Below, piece after piece: positions 10,037 through 17,587 of a stretch of DNA of 56,021 nt. Each line of letters starts with the position of its first letter. The stretch's first letter is position 1. Below the pieces are notes generated by a model that did not search any database, was not told the DNA's origin, and saw nothing but the letters and a program-made list of their open reading frames with translations. The stretch covers positions 1-56,021 of IMG/VR virus record IMGVR_UViG_3300017766_005490; one strand, written 5' to 3'. This stretch comes from a virus (Duplodnaviria > Caudoviricetes). The position numbers and the translations under genes were made by a program.

Positions 10037-10815
10037 TAGCGAATTCCTTCTTGAATAAATGTAAATACTATTTTTTCATTGGTATTTTCTGTAATTTGAG
10101 CAAAAACAATAGTGACAGGGGCGCTATCTGAATCAAATTCAGTACCATTTGCATCTAAAAGAGCTGGTGTGTAAGGAAACATCACCAAAGGATTGGTGTA
10201 AAAAGGAGCATTTCCCGCAGAGACTTGAGGGCATTCAAAATCGCTGGCGCTTTTCCAAACGGTGTAAGCAAAATCTTCGCCAATCGGATTAGCAATAATT
10301 TGCATTTGAGCCGTTGAGTTATAAACCATTTTGTTATAATCGGTTATAATTGGGCTTGTAATGCCTTCGCTTCCCCACCCAATAGATAATTGGGGAACAT
10401 CCATAGCAGGAACTTCTACCTGGATTGAAATAACTTTGTTATAATAAAAAGTTGTTCTAATAATTTCGGCATTAGGACCTTCAAAAGTATCAGTATCTTC
10501 TTCATTAAAAGGAACGTTTACAAGCAACAAATCAGTATCTGCTTGTCGACCAACTAAAATACCTTGGCCTATAATTGTTATAGTAACGCCACTTAAATCT
10601 TGATCTGAACTAAATGCTAATGATCTATAAACATTAGAATTTCCAGAATCCATAGGCGGAATGCTTTGAAAAACATACGCACCAGTTGGTTGCCCATTTG
10701 CATATTCATTTGAATTTAATTTCAAAAAATATGTAGAATTGGGAATTAAATCACCGCTAAATAAAGCGGCTTCATTTCCAGTTGCGGGCAACCAAGTAGT
10801 GGTAATAGGTCTCAT
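10036..10815 (-). CDS. Putative structural protein
   Basis: Translationally coupled within the capsid operon; beta-rich. Confidence 0.55.
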   Translation of the reverse strand: MRPITTTWLPATGNEAALFSGDLIPNSTYFLKLNSNEYANGQPTGAYVFQSIPPMDSGNSNVYRSLAFSSDQDLSGVTITIIGQGILVGRQADTDLLLVNVPFNEEDTDTFEGPNAEIIRTTFYYNKVISIQVEVPAMDVPQLSIGWGSEGITSPIITDYNKMVYNSTAQMQIIANPIGEDFAYTVWKSASDFECPQVSAGNAPFYTNPLVMFPYTPALLDANGTEFDSDSAPVTIVFAQITENTNEKIVFTFIQEGIR

Positions 10816-11762
10816 TACGCAGCAACTCCAGTATAATATTGTGGCAATCCATAAAAGCCAGCTTGGTTTAATGCAGGGATTTGAATTCTATTTCCTGAAG
10901 CATCTATGCTTGCTTGAAACCCCATGCCATTCCAAATATTTTGGTTTTGGTCAGCACCTTGAACATAATATTGAGACAACAATCTTCTAACAGCATTAGC
11001 TGGCGTTACTGGATTTGTTGTGGGCAATGCAACAGTTCCTCGAACGTCTCCTGACGTATTCCCAGGCACATTAGTTGAAGCAACCGTTATGTTAGGATTT
11101 TCAATTGAAACAACTGTTGGAGCTAATGCATCAACTATGTCATAAGCTCCTAAATAAGAAATTTTATTCCAACCAAAAGACACAGCAGCGCCTTTATCAT
11201 TTAAAACAAAAGGCAAACCAAAAACATCTTGAGTTTGAACGGCAATTTTAGTTCCACCTGCAGTAGCTCCGTTTAAATAAACTTGAGTAATAGTATAAAA
11301 AGCTTTACTCATGTTATAAGGACTTGCAGCTTGAGTTCTAATGCTTATAGATTCCTGCATTTGAACGCCGTACCAATCTGTTCCAAATACAGTTAAATTT
11401 GTATCGGCTGCAAAATCAGCTGTAGAAACAGTTACAGAAAGAGCACGCGGCCAATCTAATTGTATGTAATAATTGCCATTTTGATCTTGCAAACGCGTGC
11501 AAGAACTATTAGCTACTGAATTGTTTAATGTAAGAGCACCAGGACCTGCATCAACATCTTGTTCACCACAAACGCCACCTGAAACTGATGTATAAGGCAC
11601 AATGTTGTACATGCAATTTGGAGAATACAGCATTGTAATGCCATAACGATCATAGCAAGAGCTGCTAAAAACGTTTCCGTTTGGATCAATGGACAAATTC
11701 TCAAAAATGGGGCCTGAACGCACCCCATCTTGAACTTGAGTTCCATAAGGAATATTTAACAT
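10815..11762 (-). CDS. Putative capsid decoration/structural protein
   Basis: Follows the MCP gene; PRALSVT, VFGTDWYG.QM.E, KAFY.IT, DVFGLP and GDVRGT motifs; GGAG RBS. Confidence 0.6.
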   Translation of the reverse strand: MLNIPYGTQVQDGVRSGPIFENLSIDPNGNVFSSSCYDRYGITMLYSPNCMYNIVPYTSVSGGVCGEQDVDAGPGALTLNNSVANSSCTRLQDQNGNYYIQLDWPRALSVTVSTADFAADTNLTVFGTDWYGVQMQESISIRTQAASPYNMSKAFYTITQVYLNGATAGGTKIAVQTQDVFGLPFVLNDKGAAVSFGWNKISYLGAYDIVDALAPTVVSIENPNITVASTNVPGNTSGDVRGTVALPTTNPVTPANAVRRLLSQYYVQGADQNQNIWNGMGFQASIDASGNRIQIPALNQAGFYGLPQYYTGVAA

Positions 11763-11775
11763 AATGTGTTACTCC

Positions 11776-12675
11776 TTATAGACCCATTGAGCCAAAGCAT
11801 GCACGCCAAGACGTGTACCCAAACGAATATCTTTCAATGCCCGAACAAACAATGTTGTAAGTGCTTGGATCGGTCATGAAATCAATTTCTAAAGGTTCGC
11901 GTAAATAATGCTTAAATCCTTGGTGATAGTCCGTAATAATAAACCAAGCTTTGCTGTTGGTTAAAAACGTGTTTTTAGAAATTTTCTTAAAGACACCTTC
12001 TCTTTTTAGCGCATTAATATCATTGTTAGCTGTACCTGGCCTGTAGTCTGACTCTAATACGCGAACAGCGTTATATTGGTTATATGGGCTAATTAATAAA
12101 GATTTTGGCTGAACTTTAATGTTAATACCGGCGTTGTTTTTCCATCCATCCATAATAATTTTGGCATCTTCCAAAGCTTTTTCAGAAAACTGAACACCTT
12201 GGTTAAATGTATTGGCCTGAACGCCAGTTTGAATAGGATGTTGCGTCGATAACAATGGCAAACCGTCAGAACCCGTTGAGCCTGCATTAGTTGCGTTGTT
12301 AAAAATATTCATGGCATTGATGTTTTTAACAGTCATCAAAGAAGCACGCATTGCTTCAGCTTGTCTTGGAAACTCACCTTTAAACTGGTTGTCTTTTACT
12401 GTGGCTCTAGTTATTGCAAACTGTATACCATAATATTGGTGAGTATAGGCAGTTTGGTATACTTGCCCCATACTTCCAGAAGCTATAGGACCTCCATCCT
12501 GTTTTAGCTGAGCTAATCCAAGCGTGCGCATTTCCATATCATACTCGACCGCTTTATCAGAATGATAAGTCGAATAAACATCTTTATACAATTCTGGCCA
12601 AGTATTGTAGTCACCAAATACTGTTTTTAAATACGGCAACAGTAAACCGTTAATATCGGACCTAGTAATAGTCAT
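11776..12675 (-). CDS. Major capsid protein (HK97 fold, Mu gpT-like family)
   Basis: 299 aa with ITR...LLP.L, SDKAVE, DGLPLLSTQHP, RPGTANNDIN, AWFI.TD and ERYSFG..WR..FGS motifs. Confidence 0.88.
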   Translation of the reverse strand: MTITRSDINGLLLPYLKTVFGDYNTWPELYKDVYSTYHSDKAVEYDMEMRTLGLAQLKQDGGPIASGSMGQVYQTAYTHQYYGIQFAITRATVKDNQFKGEFPRQAEAMRASLMTVKNINAMNIFNNATNAGSTGSDGLPLLSTQHPIQTGVQANTFNQGVQFSEKALEDAKIIMDGWKNNAGINIKVQPKSLLISPYNQYNAVRVLESDYRPGTANNDINALKREGVFKKISKNTFLTNSKAWFIITDYHQGFKHYLREPLEIDFMTDPSTYNIVCSGIERYSFGYTSWRACFGSMGL

Positions 12676-12719
12676 GATTTATCTACCTTATTTACGTTAA
12701 AATTTTTATAAAATTGTTT

Positions 12720-13397
12720 TTATGGAGCAGGAGGGGGAGGAGCTGCATTGCCAACAGGCGCAGTTCTATAAAAATGATTACGTATAATTACCCAAGCATT
12801 GTTCCATGTAAGACCAGGAACATTTCCTGGAGCGGGCGCTAAATTGGTAACAAGCAAAGGTTGACTGATGGTAGAAATACCAGCGGAGCTAACATCAACA
12901 CCCATTTTGGACATACCTGTTTGGGTATTTCCTAAAACTTGGGTTCCGTTAGCTTGGTAAATAACTGGAACTTGAATTCCAATAGAAGCTTGAGTAAAAG
13001 TTGATCCATTAACCGCTTGAACATCAAAAACAGCATTGGGATCAGATATGAAAAATCCAATAGCTGGCAATCCTTGTTTTGTAACCGTGCCACTTGGCCA
13101 ATAAGGACGACCTGGAGACGCAAAATCTACACTAGTTGTGTTCCCACTTTGATACGAACATCCTGCAAAAACACCAATAGCAGGCTTAATTTGGGTTCCA
13201 GGCGTATACGGGCCTGTAATCGTATCAAAATAATTGATTAAATAACCGTTTGTATCAATTGTAACCAAATCGCCTGAAAAAATATTATTTGCATAACCTG
13301 AAGCAATTTCTAAAGTTTGTAACTGACCTGTCCACGGGGCGCCTGTAATCGAATTTTGGACCTGCATACCCCACGGAGCGTTGACACCATATGCCAT
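12720..13397 (-). CDS. Capsid cement/decoration protein (start MAYGVNAP)
   Basis: AAGGAG RBS before ATG 13397; IASGY..NIF.GD.V, GVF.GC.Y and DP..VF.VQ motifs; lies directly upstream of the MCP gene. Confidence 0.65.
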   Translation of the reverse strand: MAYGVNAPWGMQVQNSITGAPWTGQLQTLEIASGYANNIFSGDLVTIDTNGYLINYFDTITGPYTPGTQIKPAIGVFAGCSYQSGNTTSVDFASPGRPYWPSGTVTKQGLPAIGFFISDPNAVFDVQAVNGSTFTQASIGIQVPVIYQANGTQVLGNTQTGMSKMGVDVSSAGISTISQPLLVTNLAPAPGNVPGLTWNNAWVIIRNHFYRTAPVGNAAPPPPAP

Positions 13398-13443
13398 GGC
13401 GATCTCCTTTATAAAAATAAATTTTTGGAAAATATGGGTTCGC

Positions 13444-13548
13444 AAACATTCGTCGCGCTGCCTGAAAAGCTTTCCGTGTTTCAGGGAGGTAAGATTAAAA
13501 AAAAGGCGCAGCTCAAGGCATACGATAACGCACTCTTACCTAATGCTT
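13444..13548 (-). ncRNA. Candidate structured 5' leader RNA of the capsid operon
   Basis: Stems AAGCAUU/AAUGUUU, AGGUAAGA/UCUUACCU, GUGCG/CGUAU and CCUGAAA/UUUCAGG; begins at the predicted TSS. Confidence 0.5.
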
Positions 13549-13553
13549 AAGTA

Positions 13554-13582
13554 ATTGTACAAAAAAAAAGTAATGTAATCAA
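13554..13582 (-). promoter_or_regulatory. Sigma70-like promoter for the capsid operon
   Basis: TTGATT-17bp-TACAAT on the minus strand. Confidence 0.55.
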
Positions 13583-13630
13583 CTAGATTTTTATTTTCCA
13601 ATAAAAAGAATTTGGTTTTGTAATTCTTTT

Positions 13631-13900
13631 TCAAAATTTTTCATCTGAAGATGGTTCAGACATTAATTTAGACATTTTCCAAATTCTACTTGGAACTACT
13701 TCAGACGCTTTTGCGTTTTTGCATCCATCCATAATAATTTTGGCATCTTCCAAAGCTTTTTCAGAAAACTGAACACCTTGGTTAAATGTATTGGCCTGAA
13801 CGCCAGTTTGAATAGGATGTTGCGTCGACAATAATGGCAAACCGTCAGAACCCGTTGAGCCTGGAACCGTTGCATTAAAATTAATGTTGTTAGCAGTCAT
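13631..13900 (-). CDS. Free-standing partial duplicate of the major capsid protein (89 aa)
   Basis: 13722-13863 matches MCP 12143-12284 at 140/142 nt. Confidence 0.6.
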   Translation of the reverse strand: MTANNINFNATVPGSTGSDGLPLLSTQHPIQTGVQANTFNQGVQFSEKALEDAKIIMDGCKNAKASEVVPSRIWKMSKLMSEPSSDEKF

Positions 13901-13976
13901 TAAAAAGTTTGCTTTTATGCGTAATTATTAATTAATTATACAAAAAAATTTTAAATATTAAAATAAATTTTTAGGC

Positions 13977-14092
13977 AAAAAAAAACCCTTTGTTTACGAT
14001 GAGAAAATAAACAAAGGGTTTTTTCATATTCAATTATACTGATGGAGAATCAATACAAAAAACATTATAGCATTAATAAATCTGGTGTCCAA
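13977..14092 (-). ncRNA. Candidate sRNA unit (promoter, about 80-nt RNA, intrinsic terminator)
   Basis: TTGGAC-17bp-TATAAT with extended TG (14092-14064); 17-bp-arm hairpin 13980-14024 followed by a U-run. Confidence 0.45.
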
Positions 14093-14576
14093 CACCTCTT
14101 TGATCAATTAATGTGGTGAGTCCTCCGCCAAATTGATTTCCAGAGTGGTTTTTTTGAATTTGAAGCTGTTCGTTATTTAAACGGTCTAAATAAGCCAAAT
14201 GCTTTTTATGAATTTCAATAGGAACCCACATTAAAATTTGGTCATTTGTAATGTAATAAATATTTCGTTCATCGTTTTTATCCATGAAAATTTCTAAGCT
14301 TGCCGCCCGCGCTAAAGATGGGTGATCAGACCTTTTAAATGGCTCATACCCCAACTCAACTGCTTGTTCATAATTTTTTGTTAATTGCTTATTTCCTTCC
14401 CAAAAATTTACTAAACAAAAATGTTTATCGGGGTTATCCAAAATAACTTCTTGAGGGATATTCGAACGCACAACATCTAATGGGACAATAATATCTCTTG
14501 GATCACGTTCTGCTTCTTCAAAAGCACGCAAATCTAATCTTTCACGAAGGCTTGAAGTATTTCTTTCTCGAGTCAT
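14073..14576 (-). CDS. Conserved head-cluster hypothetical protein
   Basis: 167 aa between scaffold and capsid genes; GYEPF..SDHP motif. Confidence 0.6.
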   Translation of the reverse strand: MTRERNTSSLRERLDLRAFEEAERDPRDIIVPLDVVRSNIPQEVILDNPDKHFCLVNFWEGNKQLTKNYEQAVELGYEPFKRSDHPSLARAASLEIFMDKNDERNIYYITNDQILMWVPIEIHKKHLAYLDRLNNEQLQIQKNHSGNQFGGGLTTLIDQRGVGHQIY

Positions 14577-14577
14577 G

Positions 14578-15717
14578 TTAGTAATCCTCTGCTACAAATT
14601 TGACGTTATAAGGGTTTTCTAAATTTTTTGAATCCCTTAAATTTTGAGCAAACATTGAAATAATTTGATCGCGACTTTTATGTGGCATTTGCCTTTCAAT
14701 CTCATTAATCATTTGCCGTTGTTCTGCGGTTAACGTAATGCGATTTCCTCCTCCTGTTGCCGCAGCATATTGTTCAGCCATAGAGCCTGCTCTTGGAACT
14801 GGTGCTACATTTGAACGATTTTGATACGTTGATTGGGGAGTATTTCTTAACTCAAAAGGCAAAGCATGATGATTTAGCTGCGCTTCTTTAAAAGGATTAG
14901 ATTTTTTGTTAATGTTGTATAATTTTTCTAAATCACTTTTAGCTTGATTTAAAATTTCAATAGGGTCAACATTTGAAATCTCTCCACTTAATGTCAAGGC
15001 ATCTTCATAATAAGCAACTTGGTCTAGAAATTTTTGACTTAACCTTGGATTTGAAAACAAAAAAGCATTGTCTTGTTGCCAATCGACAATAGGATCGTCT
15101 AAATTTTCAAAATCAAAATCTTCTGAAGAATTTGGCAACGGTTGGTCAATATAATCAGAATTTTGCTGTTGAGAATAAACGGGAGCTGTTGCTTTTTGAT
15201 ATTTGTGATATTCATTAGTCATTTTTTCAGCTTTTAACGTAGCAAGCTGATCTGATAACTCAATTTCCGCATCAATATCGCCATCTAACTTAGCTTGGCG
15301 CAAAGAATTTTTAATTGAAGCTTCGCGTGTAGCTGAATTAGCGTCGTAGTAAGTGTTGACTAAGTCATCTTTTTTAGCTAAAAGATTTTCTTTTTCCGCC
15401 AACAAACGTTTTGTTTCCGCCAGCTCATTAGCCATTTGAAGTTCACGTTCTTTAGCAATTTTGGCATTATACAAAGCTTGTTTAACGCGTTTTTCGCTTG
15501 GACTTTTTTTTTGGGGCCGTTCCGTTTCCGTAAAGCCTTCTGGAACTTCTTTTGTTAAAAGGTCTTTAGGCCGATTAGCAAGTTTTTCTAAAACGCTTAG
15601 CTCCCCGTTACTATCATCATTTACAGATTCAGAAACTTCTATAGATTCTTCATCGGTAGGCGTTTCCCAAGAAGCAAGGGAATGATCTTTTAAAACATTG
15701 TCAGTATCATCAAACAT
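14578..15717 (-). CDS. Capsid scaffolding protein
   Basis: Acidic N-terminus, coiled coil, A...GD motif and C-terminal ITLTAEQR motif; located between portal and MCP. Confidence 0.65.
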   Translation of the reverse strand: MFDDTDNVLKDHSLASWETPTDEESIEVSESVNDDSNGELSVLEKLANRPKDLLTKEVPEGFTETERPQKKSPSEKRVKQALYNAKIAKERELQMANELAETKRLLAEKENLLAKKDDLVNTYYDANSATREASIKNSLRQAKLDGDIDAEIELSDQLATLKAEKMTNEYHKYQKATAPVYSQQQNSDYIDQPLPNSSEDFDFENLDDPIVDWQQDNAFLFSNPRLSQKFLDQVAYYEDALTLSGEISNVDPIEILNQAKSDLEKLYNINKKSNPFKEAQLNHHALPFELRNTPQSTYQNRSNVAPVPRAGSMAEQYAAATGGGNRITLTAEQRQMINEIERQMPHKSRDQIISMFAQNLRDSKNLENPYNVKFVAEDY

Positions 15718-16180
15718 TTTTCTTCACCCTTGATTCATAAAGCATTGATTGCTCAAATTCATTAAAAGCTTCTATTGCTTGATCAGTTGTAAAATTTTCT
15801 TTAAACAATCCAACAGCTTTTAAAATATTATTATCAATATTTGGGATAGTTCCGTTTGTGGCAGAATCGTTTAGATAAAAATATTTAATGCCATCATGCG
15901 TTTTTTTATCTTCCCGCGATGAACGTGTAATATGTACCCAATCTCCCACATTGACACGGGGACCGTTGGGAAAAATTTCTTTACTTGAAAAAGCTTCATC
16001 ACCAATTGCTAAAATTTTTGAAACCATGTAAAAATCTGCAATTTCTTCACGGTCAGAATCTGTAAGGAAAATACCGCCTTTAGTTTTTTCTGGAGGAAAA
16101 TAAGGAACAGCAATCATACGAAACCCTGTAGGTTCAATATAAATACCTAAATATTTTTTAGTTAAATTTTCATATCCCAT
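15710..16180 (-). CDS. GroES-like co-chaperonin
   Basis: P.GFR, EKTKGGIFL, ILAIGDEAF and VGDWV motifs. Confidence 0.8.
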   Translation of the reverse strand: MGYENLTKKYLGIYIEPTGFRMIAVPYFPPEKTKGGIFLTDSDREEIADFYMVSKILAIGDEAFSSKEIFPNGPRVNVGDWVHITRSSREDKKTHDGIKYFYLNDSATNGTIPNIDNNILKAVGLFKENFTTDQAIEAFNEFEQSMLYESRVKKNV

Positions 16181-16183
16181 TAA

Positions 16184-16657
16184 TTACACCCCCAACAATT
16201 CAGAAACTGCTTCAACAGCAGCATTTTCAACATCGGCAGGGGCTAAATTTAAACCTGGCACAATTTGAGAAAGAGATACTTTTTCGCTATCTACGCGCTC
16301 AATAAAAGCATTTACGGAATTTTCAACAGAATTAAAAATGTCTGCAAATGCCTGGTGCCTTCCTAAATTTCTGTGGGTAATGGCAAAATATTCATTTTTC
16401 CGCAAATCAATTCGCTTTTTAAGAAATTCTTTAAAGCTATCAAAAGTTTGGGGCGGAGGACTTGCCAAAAATTCACGTGCCAAATCCTCAATACCGCTTT
16501 CAATTGTTTTTAAGGCATCGCGCGCGCCTGCAGCATTCTGCATTTGCTCAATAGTTGGATAGGCAACGTCAACAATTGCCTTTTCATACGTTTTTATATT
16601 TTCGGAAATTTCATTTTTTAAAAAATCAATATAACCAGAAATCAAATCCACAGGCAT
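16184..16657 (-). CDS. Hypothetical head-cluster protein (two similar helical halves)
   Basis: AGGAG RBS; operon context. Confidence 0.55.
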   Translation of the reverse strand: MPVDLISGYIDFLKNEISENIKTYEKAIVDVAYPTIEQMQNAAGARDALKTIESGIEDLAREFLASPPPQTFDSFKEFLKKRIDLRKNEYFAITHRNLGRHQAFADIFNSVENSVNAFIERVDSEKVSLSQIVPGLNLAPADVENAAVEAVSELLGV

Positions 16658-16693
16658 CTCCTACGTAAAAAAACTTTAAAATTTGTTTTAGCA

Positions 16694-16783
16694 TTGACAT
16701 GCTTTACAAAACTTAATACATTAATAACGTAGACATACGCATTAAAGCCTCTTAAAAATCCTCCAAAGTTAAGGGGCTTTTTT
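16694..16783 (+). ncRNA. Candidate sRNA with a CCUCC loop, antisense to the structural operon
   Basis: TTGACA-17bp-TACATT; hairpin 16744-16780 with loop AAAUCCUCCAAAG, then a U-run. Confidence 0.45.
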
Positions 16784-16980
16784 TATATTTCACCTTTTCG
16801 GACTTTAGCCGCGCCACCCATGGCAAGCTTACAAGCTTTACCACCTTTTTTAAGCGCGCCCATTTTTTGATTAGGAATATTAGCCATTTTATTGGACATT
16901 AGACCGCCCATAGCTTTTTTAGGAATTTTGCCGCCACCATTCTTTCTAAGAATGTCGGAAGCTGAACAACGTGTTAACAT
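16783..16980 (-). CDS. Small basic protein built from repeated xxGG motifs
   Basis: KNGGG, KAMGG, LKKGG and LAMGGAAKVRKG motifs. Confidence 0.6.
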   Translation of the reverse strand: MLTRCSASDILRKNGGGKIPKKAMGGLMSNKMANIPNQKMGALKKGGKACKLAMGGAAKVRKGEI

Positions 16981-17026
16981 AAAACACCAAGCATTAAATT
17001 TTCTACGTAAACAATCTTACGACTAT

Positions 17027-17365
17027 TTACGTAAATGTGCAAAACTTTTTTTGTATTTGCTCACGTTGCTGATTGATAAAATCGTTTGTTTGGTCAAATT
17101 CGTCATCTAAAAATGAAACGCATTGCACAAACCCTCTTCCTTTATGTTGACTTAGTTGTCTTCTGTTTGCGTGATTTCTTGCCATGTGAAACCCTGTATT
17201 TAATCTATTTTTAAACCCTAAAAGTTCTGCTTTGTAGTAAAAAACTTTTCTACCTATTTTTAAAAATTTTGGCCCAATGCCTTTGCTCCGCCACTTTTCA
17301 AGCCTGGAAATTTTAATATTTAAAAAATAAGAAGCTTCTTTAGTGTCTAATAAATTTTTTTCCAT
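17027..17365 (-). CDS. AlpA/excisionase-like HTH DNA-binding protein
   Basis: LLDTKEA..L......LEKWRSKG.GPKF.KIGRKV.Y motif. Confidence 0.8.
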   Translation of the reverse strand: MEKNLLDTKEASYFLNIKISRLEKWRSKGIGPKFLKIGRKVFYYKAELLGFKNRLNTGFHMARNHANRRQLSQHKGRGFVQCVSFLDDEFDQTNDFINQQREQIQKKFCTFT

Positions 17366-17415
17366 ACCAATACCTACTCATGTACAAAAAAATTAATTTT
17401 GTGCCCATATGTTTT

Positions 17416-17431
17416 TTTTGTGTACACAAAA
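17416..17431. promoter_or_regulatory. Perfect 16-bp palindrome, putative operator upstream of the HTH gene
   Basis: TTTTGTGTACACAAAA. Confidence 0.45.
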
Positions 17432-17587
17432 CTAAATTTTTTACCTATAATCAAAAACATTAAACAAAACGTTTTTTAAAAAGTAACCCATGATGTCAGC
17501 GTTTTGTTTATAGTTGCTATTCAGGTGGTCCTATCTGAATAAAAACTCCTAACAAGTGTAAGGAGAAAAGATTTCTCCTTACATTTG

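Noticed and set aside
12143-13863. MCP repeat pair as a diversity-generating retroelement TR/VR
   Set aside because: No reverse transcriptase in the genome, and the two mismatches are reciprocal and synonymous rather than one-way adenine-specific
16783-17365. Programmed frameshift joining the HTH gene to the xxGG mini-protein
   Set aside because: The two ORFs are separated by a stop and a 46-bp spacer holding TACGTA boxes; nothing requires a fusion
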